A stretch of DNA of 63,680 bases, counting the filler, from Octopus bimaculoides (Eukaryota), in NCBI RefSeq assembly GCF_001194135.2. It is 5 parts of 5 records of this genome, joined end to end, with 100 filler letters (N's around TTAATTAATTAA, not from the genome) between each part and the next. Parts side by side here need not be neighbours in the genome. Positions count along the whole stretch, not along the records: positions 1 to 16,650 come from NC_068985.1; positions 16,751 to 39,181 come from NC_068984.1; 3 more parts are not named here. The stretch is one strand, 5' to 3'. The notes beneath the pieces are model-generated. The model made no database searches, was not told the origin of the DNA, and saw nothing but the letters and a program-made list of their open reading frames with translations. The position numbers and the translations under genes were made by a program. Shown piece after piece: positions 11,980 through 25,292 of the stretch (position 1 is its first letter; every line of letters starts with the position of its first letter).

Positions 11980-14069
11980 NNNNNNNNNNNNNNNNNNNNN
12001 NNNNNNNNNNNNNNNNNNNNNNNNNNNNNNNNNNNNNNNNNNNNNNNNNNNNNNNNNNNNNNNNNNNNNNNNNNNNNNNNNNNNNNNNNNNNNNNNNNNN
12101 NNNNNNNNNNNNNNNNNNNNNNNNNNNNNNNNNNNNNNNNNNNNNNNNNNNNNNNNNNNNNNNNNNNNNNNNNNNNNNNNNNNNNNNNNNNNNNNNNNNN
12201 NNNNNNNNNNNNNNNNNNNNNNNNNNNNNNNNNNNNNNNNNNNNNNNNNNNNNNNNNNNNNNNNNNNNNNNNNNNNNNNNNNNNNNNNNNNNNNNNNNNN
12301 NNNNNNNNNNNNNNNNNNNNNNNNNNNNNNNNNNNNNNNNNNNNNNNNNNNNNNNNNNNNNNNNNNNNNNNNNNNNNNNNNNNNNNNTATATAAAACAAA
12401 TAATAAATGAGTATATGCATGTATACGTACAGGTATTTGCATACCTACGTCTACCTGTATATATAGGTGCATATCTGGGTACAGGACATTGCAAACAAAA
12501 CGTAGACAAGAAAAATAACAACAACCCAACAACCAGAGTACAGAAAACACACAAGCCACATAGAGAACATTTTCCTTCATCAGCTACCCCTATTTTAACA
12601 CCGGCAAACCGTTTATGTGTACGGGTACGTGCTTGTGTATTTGTCATATGTAAAATAAACAGGGTTGCATTCGAATACGATTTCATTCTATCAACTCTTT
12701 GGTTGGAATCATACATACAGCTGATTGAAAAGAAATGACTGGTACTCAATTAAGTTCGCCGGACTTTCAGACAATCACGTGGTTTGGGGATGTAATGTCA
12801 GTCAGTGACTATTCATTATATGTAAGGAGAAGGGGCTTATTTTAAAGTTTACAAGAAGGAATTCGTATATGTAGCGGCAGGACGAAACCAGATGTCAGAA
12901 GTTCAAAATGAACTTTGTGTGTACGACGGCAAAATAAATATATAAACGTATAAAATCAATGTTCACAGTGATGCTAATATACAGTGAATGAATGTGTACC
13001 TGTCTATGAATCTAAAATTCTAAAGTACATTAACGACAAGTTGTTTTGATGTTCAAATATATATTCCGTTCATTTGAAAGGAAAATGTCAAGAGTTCACT
13101 GTAGAATAAAATCTATTTCTAAAGCTACACAAGTGTCTCAAGTGCCAATCAACATGACATTATTAGCAAATAAGTATAGTTACTGTGGCGGCTTTGTTCA
13201 AACATAACCCAATGTAATGACGTAACGGTATTGAAGAATATTTTGGTTTGTTTGAGAGATAGTCTAAAGTCAGTGTGAAGTTCCAAATACAAAATAGTTA
13301 TTTTTAATTTTTTTTTTTTGCTATTAAAAATGTTCTTGCATCGAACGACAGGAAAATAAAAATATATTTAAGCCAAATAAAGCAGTTTAGGGTCCGTGTA
13401 AGACGTTAGTTAGTAATGGTAGGGACCGTTCTTGAGTGAACTGAAGTCGTTGGCCCATTCCGTAGCCGAAGATAAGTGGTGCCGTTGGTCTTGGCTGAGC
13501 TGCCACCACTATTTAGTTAGTAGATAGACAAACTAGCTAATGTCTGCCAAAGAAAATGTACAAAAGATTAAAATGTGAATTACATTCTGTTTCGACCGAA
13601 AACCTGAGTGGTCAGTTATTTGCTGACGTAATCATTCGTTTTTTTTTGTATGAACATACCGATTTGGTCCGATTCCTAAGCAGTGAATTGGTGTGCTGGA
13701 CTCTGCCAAATATCCCTGCTACATAACAATTAATAGTTGTAGGAATAGAGAAAAAGGAGATGTGGCAGAAGGAAAGAAGAATAAAGAGCTTATTGAGTGT
13801 GGTTCCTAGTCTATCCTGAATTAGCTCTGTTTAAGAGTGATAGACTCAATATTGTAAGATCGATTTGATATGGTCAAGACAGCAGGGAAAGATAAGCTGT
13901 AGAACTATAATGTAGCTAAACTAGTTTGAAAATTTGGCTTTCTGGAGTTTCGTGGGGAATTACAAGTTGAAGAATATGCTTTCACTCAATGGCTTACGAA
14001 CTCGAATGAATCAGAAGCAACGCATATATTGCTATTGTTTCGTCGGCACATAAATTGGCAATTTGGAAG

Positions 14070-14362
<293 letters not shown>

Positions 14363-14696
14363 TTGATGAGAAGCTTTTATCAATGCAATTTTTTCTTTAT
14401 CAAATAATTATTCCTATCTTTGCAACAGGTTCGGCGGAGGGCAAGTTACAAAACTGAGAACAGAAACCATATTGTCAATTGTATTCCACTCCAGAAAACA
14501 AACTAATAAAAAATTATAATAACAATAATAATAAACTCATTAAACAAAACAAAACAATAAATTGTTTAATATTATCTCCGCAGTTGGTGAGGTTAATGAC
14601 ATCATTGTTGTTCATGGTGATGTTATCGGATATCCATCCACACTTATATCTATTCTAATTGCCATCATTCGATATTAACATGCATATTTAACACAT

Positions 14697-15120
14697 ATAA
14701 GGCGGCGTGTTGGCAGAATCGTTAGCATGCCGGAAAATCATCTTACGGTTTTACATTCTGAGTTCAAATTCTGCCAAGGTCGAGTTTGCCTTTTATCTTT
14801 TCGGGGTTGATGAAATAAAGTACCAGTCAAGTACTGGGGTTGATGTAATCTACTAACCCCTTCTTCTAAATTTTAGGCCGTGTGCCTTATTTCGAAACCA
14901 TTATCCAAACACAGGGAGCTGACAGAATCAGCGCGCCGGACAAAATGCTTAGCGACATTTCTTCTGACTCTTTACCTTATAATTTCAAATACTACCGAGA
15001 TCAACTTTGGTTTTACCCTCTCGGGATGATAAAATGTATCACCGGTCAAATACTGTAATCGATGTAATCGACTGATAGCCTACTCCAAATTTCAGGCATC
15101 GTACCTCTTTATAAACTATA
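14697..15120 (+). mobile_element. Two head-to-tail SINE family A copies (14697-14903, ~14910-15120)
   Basis: First copy has GGCGGCGTGTTGGCAGAATCGTTAGC and GAGTTCAAATTC; second has GAGCTGACAGAATCAGCGCGCCGGACAAAATGCTTAGCG. Confidence 0.75.
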
Positions 15121-15304
15121 TATTCAATAGTTACATCTATAACTTTTATCAAACGTATGGCAACCTAAACCCACATTTCACCCAAAACATAACTCTGACT
15201 TCGGTCTTATCGCAATCACAACTTTAAATCACAATGTTTACATAACAATTTGTTTTTAAGTCAAATTCTCGACATCTATGCGAAACTGTTCTGATCTTCC
15301 ATCC

Positions 15305-15475
15305 AGGTGCTGGCATGGTTGTGTGGTGAAGAAGCTCACTTGATAACTACATGGTTTCGGGTTCAATCCCACTACACGGCATCTTGGGAAATCGTCTTCT
15401 TCTATAAAATCGGATCAATGCATGGCTTTGGAATGAATTTAGGTAAACGAAACTGTGAAAGTCCGTCGTATGTAT
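15305..15475 (+). mobile_element. SINE family B 5' half (degraded)
   Basis: GTGTGGTGAAGAAGCT...GGGTTCAATCCCACT...CTTGGGAAATCGTCTT. Confidence 0.65.
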
Positions 15476-15609
15476 ACGACTGGAGATTGAGGATTTGATT
15501 TTCAAGAATCGTAGACGCGTTGGAAATGTTATCCGACCTACACAAAAGGACGGAATGATTTCAGTCAGTTTTTGATTACAGGACTATTCAGTGTAGGCTG
15601 GCCTCGGGC

Positions 15610-15871
15610 CACTCACACACACACTCATTCAATCACACACAAGCACGCACACACTCATACACACATAACTCAATCATACACACTCACTCACTCACACAAC
15701 ACACACACACTCTCTCTCTCACACACTCACTCACACACACATAAACACTCACTCACTCACACACGCATTTACTCACTCGCACACACACTCACACAGCACA
15801 CACGCACACTCACACATACACACATAGAGTGACACAGACACACAAACACACAGAGGCATGTATACGGACAA

Positions 15872-15915
<44 letters not shown>

Positions 15916-15948
15916 GTATTTATCTATATACATGCACACATACATACA

Positions 15949-15980
<32 letters not shown>

Positions 15981-15990
15981 CACACATATA
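15610..15990. repeat. Degenerate (CA)n/(CACT)n, (TA)n and (TACA)n tracts
   Basis: Direct reading. Confidence 0.9.
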
Positions 15991-16650
15991 TATATATATA
16001 TAATCGCAGAACACACACGCACCCCTCCACACGTATATTTATAACTGCTCCCATAATAGCGAATCAACCATAAGTCATTTGAGGCGGTCTTTTTAACATG
16101 ATTACACAATACAAGGATTTACATAGTCAGCCGTATTTCCAGCAATAACTAGTGAAATCTAATCGCATCAGAATAACCAACAGACTACAGAAATATTCCA
16201 CCTAATGTCGCAAACTAAGACGAAATTTGACTCAAGTACGACTAACAGTCACATTTAGTCGATGACTAACGAGCAAAAATCTAAGTTTTTGTTCTATGAC
16301 ACATTTCAAACTTTTTGAATTTCTCTTTGGAAATGTTTAGACAGAGCAGATTATTTTTCTTCCTCTGTTCAGGCCGGGCCAAACACGTTGCATATTAATA
16401 GTTCTTAGATATTTCGTGAAGTCATGTAACGCGGTAAGTTAATTTGTATAGCGAACGGTAAATAAAGAAATCGAAGCGATTACAAAATGACTCCCCACTC
16501 CTCTCCCCCCTCTCCTTTTCGCGGTTTTTCTCGTCAGGTGAACTCGCTGTCTGTCTTAATCCACATAGATCTATTTTGTGAATTGTACACTTCTTATAAA
16601 TATGAATCAGTCTATCTGTGTCACTCTACCCCTATATATATATATATATA

Positions 16651-16750
16651 NNNNNNNNNNNNNNNNNNNNNNNNNNNNNNNNNNNNNNNNNNNNTTAATT
16701 AATTAANNNNNNNNNNNNNNNNNNNNNNNNNNNNNNNNNNNNNNNNNNNN
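16651..16750. other. Artificial scaffold-join spacer 44N-TTAATTAATTAA-44N (also 39182-39281, 45359-45458, 55442-55541)
   Basis: Identical 100-nt layout four times; the 12-mer is palindromic and contains stops in all six frames. Confidence 0.9.
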
Positions 16751-16935
16751 CACCATTGCTTGACAACCGGTGTTGCTGTGTTTACGTTCTGTAACTTAGC
16801 GGTTCGGCAAAAGACACCGATAGAATAAGTATTAGGCATACAAAAAATAAGTCCTGGGCTCAATTCGTCCGACTAAATGCGGTGCTCCAGCATGACCGCA
16901 GTCAAATGACTGAAACAAGTAAAAGAATAATAGAA
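16751..16935 (+). mobile_element. SINE family B 3' half
   Basis: Close match to 9965-10148. Confidence 0.8.
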
Positions 16936-16964
16936 TGAAATATATTTATAATATTGTGCATGAA

Positions 16965-17135
16965 TATTATTTTCTACTCTAGGCACAAGGCCCGAAATTT
17001 TAGGTGAGGGTCCAGTCAATTAGATCGACTCCAGTACGCAACTGGTACTTAATTTATAGACCTCGAAAGGATGAAAGGCAAAGTCGACCTCGGCGAAATT
17101 TGAACTCAGAACGTAAAGACAGATGAAATACATTG
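16965..17135 (-). mobile_element. SINE family A (5' truncated)
   Basis: Reverse complement TCTGAGTTCAAATTTCGCCGAGGTCGACTTTGCCTTTCATCCTTTCG. Confidence 0.75.
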
Positions 17136-17184
17136 TGCATAAATATTACTACTTTTCTATGTTGTACATTTTAATTAAAGCAAC

Positions 17185-20100
17185 TTCGAGAAGCCGGGGA
17201 CAACGTCCAATAGTCCGCTGGGCCCTGGAGCAGAGACCGACCTTGCTGCCTTAATAACTTCCTGGACTTCCTCCCAAATTGGCTTACTCATGTCAAACTC
17301 AGTCAATGTGGTTGCTGGGCTTATAAGTGTGTTATTTTGGCCAAATTCATTTTCCCTTGCGGAATCATCAAGGGTGTTGCGAAGAAAAGGTGTTTACTTC
17401 ACCTGAACACTCGAGGTTGCTTTCTCGGAGATGCAAACCTCTGATGAAAAACCTTGAGGTGTATTGTTCTTGGTATTGTGGTGCATATGTGCACCATATT
17501 ATTGCTATCATCACTTCCAGAAGGTGTGGCTGGTTCTACACAAGCCTTCAATACTTAAATCAGTTCATATGTATGGATTTTCTGACGACTTACATTTATT
17601 CGTTCAGTACCGCACAATTACATCTTGCAAAGACAAATGGTCCTCAGTCGAGAGAGTGAAAATGACAGGGACAAATAAAGGATATTACTGGAAGTCTCTT
17701 GTTGGATCTCTACATGGTCGGCGATCATTGGGTTATAACCGTTCTAGCACAAAACTTGTGAGTAACTGTGCTGTCTGTGTCCGCCAGTGGTGACAAGGCA
17801 AGTCTATTTAGGCACGGCACTGCTTCCCCAACAGGGGAGGAGTGAGAAAAGGAGCCCTAAACGTTGCTTACTCACCTTAAACATGGCAGCCAGCTGCAGC
17901 TGTCTGGTTATTAAGTAACGCTGTCGAAACATAAAGAAATCTAAGAATATCAACCTTGGTTCTTGGAAATTGCGCACTCTCCAAGACAGTCACTCTACAC
18001 CAGAACAAAGAACAGCACTGGTTGTGCTTGAACTAAAGAAATGCAACATCAACATAGATGCACTCAGTGAAACTCGTCTTGCAGGATCATCACAGTTAGA
18101 AGAAAGTGAAGGTGGATACGTATTTTTCTGGTCTGATAGAAATGAGGACAAGCCACACAACTCTGCTGTTGGTTTCGCCATCAAGGCAGAAATAGCTAGA
18201 TCCCTTCTTTCTGATCGCATCGTGATTCTAACGTCAGAGCTTGATTATAAGACTCGTGCTACGCTTGTCAGTGACTATGCTCCAACCATGGTCAACACTG
18301 AGCAGGAAAAGGATGACTTTTACAACCAACTCCGTGATGTCATCTCCATTTGTCACCAGATGGGATAAACTTATTCTTATGAGCGACTTGAACGCTCATG
18401 TTGGTACTAACTATCAGACATGGGAGGGTGTACTTGGTCACCATGGTGTAGGTCAAATGAACTCCAGCGGTCTGTGTGCGCTCTCCCTCCATCTGCAGGG
18501 AATTCAGTCTAACTATCACAAATACTTTTTTCAACAGCGGAAGTCGACCTGGATGCATCCAACATCTAAAGATTAGCATCTCATAGACTATGTTATCACT
18601 AAGAAGCGAGATATTAGGGACTTTAGCATTACACGTTCCCTTTATAACACGTACTATCTCCCTGACAATTCTCTTCTTCGCAGTAAGGTTACACTCCATC
18701 TGAAACATCCAATGCTACAAAAGTCATCAGTGCCTAAGCGCACTAATGTTTCGCCTTTGAAAACCAGGTTGAGCTTTCTATTAAGGTGAACACTGCACTC
18801 AACACTATTGATATCAGTGGTGACATTGAATCATTTTGGAAGGCTCTGCGTGACGCAATGCACTCTACATCCGTAGAGGTTCTCAGACTTCCTGTTCTTA
18901 AACATTAAGATTGGTTCAGTAATAACAGCACAGATGCCCAGCAGTTGATAAATAAAATGCACAGCTCTCATAAAACATGGATCAATGACAAGAGCTCATC
19001 CAGAAAAGAAAATGCTTATAAGAAATGCAGAGGCCAGGTCTAACGTGCTCTGAAACAGATGAAGGAGGCTTGGTAGTCTTACAAGGCAATTGAATTCCAG
19101 GAAGCTGTGGAAAGAAAGGGTTCTAAAGCCTTCTGTGATGGCCTCAGGAAAGTGTATGGTCCTCAAGAGCACGGTGTTACTCCTATTTTTTCATCCAATA
19201 GAGAGATACTGTTAACTGACAAATCCGAAACCCTGAAACGGTGGAAAGGTCACATTGAAGCCATGTTGAACTCCACTTCATTCACTAATGATGATGCCAG
19301 AATGTCTATTCCACAGCACGCTGAAATACCGGAATTGTCTCTGGACCCAACCTTCCTGGATGTGGTAAACTCCGTTAAACAGATCTCTTCTGGTAAAGCG
19401 CCTGGCAGGGATGCAGTCTCGCTTGAAATCTACAAGCATGAGGGAGAGAAGCTTTTTAAGAAATTGCACGTCTTCTTCATAAATATTTGGATGGTAGGCC
19501 ATGAGCCTCAGGATTTCAAGGATGCCTCAATTCAACATCTTTATAAGAACAAAGGAAACAGAAGTGTCTGTGATAATCATCGTTGGATGTCACTTCCGTC
19601 TATTGCTGGTAAGATTCTTGCTCGACTCGTTCTTGACAGGATCATCAAACACGTCGTAAATGACATATATCCAGAATCACAGTGCGGATTTCGCTCTGGT
19701 CGTGGCATTACCGACATGATATTTTCCCCCCGTCATGACATCGAGAAAATACGTGAGAAAAATCAAGATTTGCTCATGGTGTTTGTTGACCTTATTAAGG
19801 TCTTCGATGCTGTTAACCGGCAAGCGCGTTGGAAAGTTCTGAAAAAGCTCGGTATACTTGATGAGATGTTGAATATTATTATCTCCTTTCATGAGGGAAT
19901 GAAGGCTGTTGTCGTGTCCGGCGGGGAATCTTCGATGTTACGAACGACACAAAGCAAGGTTGTGTTATGGCCCCTATTTTGTTTGCACTCTTCTTCTCAG
20001 TGACACTGAGGTATGCATTTGGCGACATACAAAGTGGTGTCAAATTCCAGTTTCGAACATGTGGTGGACTATTCAATGATCAGTGTTTCAAAGCCAAAAC

Positions 20101-21165
20101 ACTGCCGCGCATCATATCATTCGTGGTCTGCCTCTTGCAGATGCTGCTGCACTAGTAGCGACCTCCTTACAGGAGGCTCAGGAACTTCTAGACCAGTTTT
20201 CTGCTGCATGTAAAGCCTTTGGCTTGACCATCAGCATAAAGAAGACCGAAGTGATCCACTGTCCTTCCCTATACCTAAGCCAATTCGAGGTGTCAAACTG
20301 AGGCCATCAGTTCACAATTTCCCTGACACTCTTATACGAGTTGATGGGAAAAACCTAAAGCATGTGAAGTCATTTACATATCTTCGTAGTAAAGTGAATT
20401 TGAGCGCTTTCCTTGATGATGAACTCGTCAACCGTCTTGCAAAAGCAACCAGCGCATTTGGCAAACTCCGTCATCGCTTAAGGAATGAAAGGGGCATTAA
20501 ACTTGACACCAAAGTACAGGTCTATAAAGCTGCCATTTTTACTACTCTCTTGTGTGGCTCAGAATCGTGAACACCTTATAGACGGCAGGTTAACCAGCTA
20601 GACATCTTCCACAAAGGCTAATCTGCAGTTATTTATTAAAAGACAGAGTTTTTAATGCTGACCTGTTTAGCAAGTGTAAGATTGGCGGAATCGAGAGCTT
20701 CCTTATGCAGTCGCAATTGCGCTGGACTGGCCATGTCGTCAGAATGAGTGACGAAAGAATACACAAAGTTGTCGCGTATAGCTAGCTTGATAGTGGACTC
20801 ATGAATGTTGGCTGACCATGGCTCAAATATAAGGACAAGCTGAAGAGTAACCTCTCAGCAGTCAATATGGCTCACATCACCTTTGTGCAAACAGCCTTGG
20901 AGCGAACAAAATGGAGATCATTGTGTCAGAATGGTATAAGAAACTTTGTTGCAACCAGCATAAACAGGCTAGGGGTGCAAGGCAAAAGAGAAAAGCGGCT
21001 ACAGATATACCGCCTGAACTTACCCCAAATTCTCATACTTTCAACATATGTGGGCGTCTTTACAAATCGTTGGCGGGACTCAAATGTAACATTCGACATA
21101 AGTATTTTAACTGACAAAGAAGGAGTAGGTTGTCAGATCCTCATACGTCGAGAGAGTTCATCATA
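17185..21165 (+). mobile_element. Near full-length RTE-clade (BovB-like) LINE, ORF disrupted
   Basis: APE motifs LGSWKLRTL, ALSETRL, DYAPT, SDLNAHVG, TWMHP; RT motifs GKAPGRD, YPESQCGFRSGR, FVDLIKVFDAV, degenerate YADD (LADAAAL); C-terminal CGRLYKSLAGL. Many stops and frameshifts. The 5' boundary is approximate. Confidence 0.9.
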
Positions 21166-22729
21166 TATATTACGGAAAAATTTGGATAAGTACTGTTTTC
21201 ACTTTGCTAAAGATTTTCTACTATTTGAAAATAATATGTATTCTTGTTTTTATACTATTCATTTGGTTCTTTATAGATTATTTTAATAGATAACTTATTT
21301 AACACTAAATTATTTAGAAGTTATAGTTTCATTTCAACATAATATTAGAACTTCGATTGGAATAGTGTTGATATATTTTCGATTATTTTTGATTAATATT
21401 ATTTGATTAATTATTAATCTTTATAGTTTATAATATCGTTAAAGTTTTTTAAAATCAAAACTTTGTATATATATATAAAGTTTAACCTTTTATTCTNNNN
21501 NNNNNNNNNNNNNNNNNNNNNNNNNNNNNNNNNNNNNNNNNNNNNNNNNNNNNNNNNNNNNNNNNNNNNNNNNNNNNNNNNNNNNNNNNNNNNNNNNNNN
21601 NNNNNNNNNNNNNNNNNNNNNNNNNNNNNNNNNNNNNNNNNNNNNNNNNNNNNNNNNNNNNNNNNNNNNNNNNNNNNNNNNNNNNNNNNNNNNNNNNNNN
21701 NNNNNNNNNNNNNNNNNNNNNNNNNNNNNNNNNNNNNNNNNNNNNNNNNNNNNNNNNNNNNNNNNNNNNNNNNNNNNNNNNNNNNNNNNNNNNNNNNNNN
21801 NNNNNNNNNNNNNNNNNNNNNNNNNNNNNNNNNNNNNNNNNNNNNNNNNNNNNNNNNNNNNNNNNNNNNNNNNNNNNNNNNNNNNNNNNNNNNNNNNNNN
21901 NNNNNNNNNNNNNNNNNNNNNNNNNNNNNNNNNNNNNNNNNNNNNNNNNNNNNNNNNNNNNNNNNNNNNNNNNNNNNNNNNNNNNNNNNNNNNNNNNNNN
22001 NNNNNNNNNNNNNNNNNNNNNNNNNNNNNNNNNNNNNNNNNNNNNNNNNNNNNNNNNNNNNNNNNNNNNNNNNNNNNNNNNNNNNNNNNNNNNNNNNNNN
22101 NNNNNNNNNNNNNNNNNNNNNNNNNNNNNNNNNNNNNNNNNNNNNNNNNNNNNNNNNNNNNNNNNNNNNNNNNNNNNNNNNNNNNNNNNNNNNNNNNNNN
22201 NNNNNNNNNNNNNNNNNNNNNNNNNNNNNNNNNNNNNNNNNNNNNNNNNNNNNNNNNNNNNNNNNNNNNNNNNNNNNNNNNNNNNNNNNNNNNNNNNNNN
22301 NNNNNNNNNNNNNNNNNNNNNNNNNNNNNNNNNNNNNNNNNNNNNNNNNATATACATAAATTATATTGAAAATTAAAGATGTAGTATCCAAACCTAGTTA
22401 TGGGAATATTCCTTGTAGTGTGCCTGCAGAGCACGTTCAGCATTTGCGGGTACCTGGCGTCATCCGGGGTAGTGCACTTTCGTTGCTGGATATAGGTAAG
22501 GAATTCCTCAGTGCACGTTGAGTGTATTCTAAAATGATTGATACGGAAAGCAGAGTGTACTTGAAGCTTTATTTAGGACAACGATTCTTTCGGCTTACTT
22601 CTACGGTGTGGTTGGGAAGCTATCTTTATACCACAGATCTATGCCTGCGCCTATATATATATATATATATACCCGCACACATACATACATACATATTCCC
22701 AACTTTTAAATCACTTCAAAAAAACCCTT

Positions 22730-23050
22730 GATTCAATAACACCAATTTTAAATACTATTAAAACTTAATCACAAGGTACAGGAATTTTATATGTATACCA
22801 TTCTGCCTAAATAATGGAACTGAAGATACAATATCCTTGCATATCTCACGTCTATTTTCATTCCTCCACTTCACTCTCTATTTCATATCTTATCTAGGAT
22901 AACTATTGCTTAACCATTTTTTCACACCGTCTCCGATGAAGGGTTATATAAAATACCCCGGAAACAGCTGTAAGACCTTCTATTTATAAATGTTCCGCAG
23001 TCTTTCACAGCCTTGGATTTTTATCTCATTCTGTTAATTTTTTTATATAT
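22730..23050 (+). mobile_element. Penelope-like pseudo-LTR / 3' end fragment
   Basis: Pyrimidine-rich non-coding tract ending in a hammerhead motif of the same type as the one next to the GIY-YIG remnant at 28.9-29.5 kb. Confidence 0.45.
22929..22976 (+). ncRNA. Minimal type I hammerhead motif (core variant CCGAUGA)
   Basis: GTCT-CCGATGA-A-GGGT-tatataaaat-ACCC-CG-GAAAC-AGCT-GTA-AGAC. Stem I GUCU/AGAC, palindrome ACAGCTGT, GUA triplet. Confidence 0.65.
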
Positions 23051-23689
23051 ACACATGCTGATATATGACCTAGGTTGGACTCCTCATTCGCATAATCACC
23101 GAACCTGGAGCTTAACTATAGTTTGTCCATAGCACATACTCAGCATTACCTGACCTTTGGGTCTTCTTGATCTTTCATAGCCTATNNNNNNNNNNNNNNN
23201 NNNNNNNNNNNNNNNNNNNNNNNNNNNNNNNNNNNNNNNNNNNNNNNNNNNNNNNNNNNNNNNNNNNNNNNNNNNNNNNNNNNNNNNNNNNNNNNNNNNN
23301 NNNNNNNNNNNNNNNNNNNNNNNNNNNNNNNNNNNNNNNNNNNNNNNNNNNNNNNNNNNNNNNNNNNNNNNNNNNNNNNNNNNNNNNNNNNNNNNNNNNN
23401 NNNNNNNNNNNNNNNNNNNNNNNNNNNNNNNNNNNNNNNNNNNNNNNNNNNNNNNNNNNNNNNNNNNNNNNNNNNNNNNNNNNNNNNNNNNNNNNNNNNN
23501 NNNNNNNNNNNNNNNNNNNNNNNNNNNNNNNNNNNNNNNNNNNNNNNNNNNNNNNNNNNNNNNNNNNNNNNNNNNNNNNNGTAGGTACTGTAAGTTTTAG
23601 ATGCAATACTTGATAAATGTAAGCACCTGTATACGCCAGATAGTGGCACAGGTGAAAAAATATATTAAACGTAAATTGAAAACAGAACA

Positions 23690-25249
23690 CAAAGGATATC
23701 GCGGTACACGTGTTTCAAGCTTTATACACAATCTGTCATTACATCAGTATATATTGTTGATATAAAGGATGGTTTAAAGCTATCTTCAGCCGCAAACATT
23801 TTCAGCCCCAAGATTACATCACAAAGGGAAAAGAAAGAGAAAGAGAAAAGGAAAAAGTCCACTTAGTATTATCCATTATAATAGGTTTATCCTTTAAACA
23901 GTTATATCTGCATAAATATTCGTTGGATTTCAAAAATCTGCCCATACTGTACCACAATTCAGCGTAGCGTGTATAAGATAGAAAGAGATCAAAAGTAAAA
24001 AATAAAGTAAAAGTTAAAGAATACAAAAATGAAATAAGAAATAAAATATAAAAGTAATAGAAATCAAATCGAGAGTAATAGAAGTAAAAATAAGAATAAT
24101 AAAGTTAGATACATATATAAATAAGATTTAGTAAAATTGGAATAAAGTAACAAAAGAAATAAAAGAAATAAACCCATAAAGTAGAATAAGAGATAAAGAG
24201 ATAAAATACTATGGAGTTGAGAACAGGATGCCGTCTTGGATGGGATTGTAGTGGTTATAAATAATTTCTTACCTAGACCACTCGTTGCAATATAGATTAA
24301 GGTTGTAATTTGATATCATTGTGATGAGTGGTCAGTTTACCCAAACACGCCACTAAAATTTCCTAGCTTTATAAACTTATCTATTACATGGGTACATACA
24401 CTTACTTAGAAGATAAATAAATAATAATGGAAGGGGTAAAAAGTAAATTGAAAATATAAAAAAGAAAAAGAAAATTAGGATTGAAGTTAAAATTAAAATT
24501 AGAAGTTTGAAGAACAATTATAATAGTAATAATATAATAGTAATAATATAGTGATTGGCAAAATATTGTGATTAGAGAAATTTCAGGTTTATCTACATGT
24601 GTAAATTATATGTCATTGGGCAACTTCTACTATATTCCTATTTTAATTGTTTAGGGATTGTTATGTGAAGTTAAAAGAGTCTAGGTTCCTATCCACTAAT
24701 GAATACTAGTATAATATTGTTATAAACATTGAAGTAATTAGTGTTAGTAAAGAGAAGTAGGAGTCGGAGCAGGAGAGGAGAGGTGGGTGGGAGGAAGTAG
24801 GAAGGAAAGGAGAGGGGAGAAAGGCAGAGAGGCAAGGGGAGGGTTTTGTATATATNNNNNNNNNNNNNNNNNNNNNNNNNNNNNNNNNNNNNNNNNNNNN
24901 NNNNNNNNNNNNNNNNNNNNNNNNNNNNNNNNNNNNNNNNNNNNNNNNNNNNNNNNNNNNNNNNNNNNNNNNNNNNNNNNNNNNNNNNNNNNNNNNNNNN
25001 NNNNNNNNNNNNNNNNNNNNNNNNNNNNNNNNNNNNNNNNNNNNNNNNNNNNNNNNNNNNNNNNNNNNNNNNNNNNNNNNNNNNNNNNNNNNNNNNNNNN
25101 NNNNNNNNNNNNNNNNNNNNNNNNNNNNNNNNNNNNNNNNNNNNNNNNNNNNNNNNNNNNNNNNNNNNNNNNNNNNNNNNNNNNNNNNNNNNNNNNNNNN
25201 NNNNNNNNNNNNNNNNNNNNNNNNNNNNNNNNNNNNNNNNNNNNNNNNN

Positions 25250-25292
<43 letters not shown>

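Noticed and set aside
13570-13640. Hammerhead-like GACC..GGTC-GAAAC-AGAAT-GTA on minus
   Set aside because: No CUGANGA ahead of stem II, stem I does not pair, and there is no palindrome.
17185-17950. HDV-like ribozyme expected in an RTE 5' UTR
   Set aside because: I could not assemble P1-P4 by eye; a descriptor search is needed.
24315-24365. GTGATGA-GTGG..CCAC-TAAAA on plus
   Set aside because: Two core mismatches, no cleavage triplet or stem I, and the wrong strand relative to the Penelope-like element.
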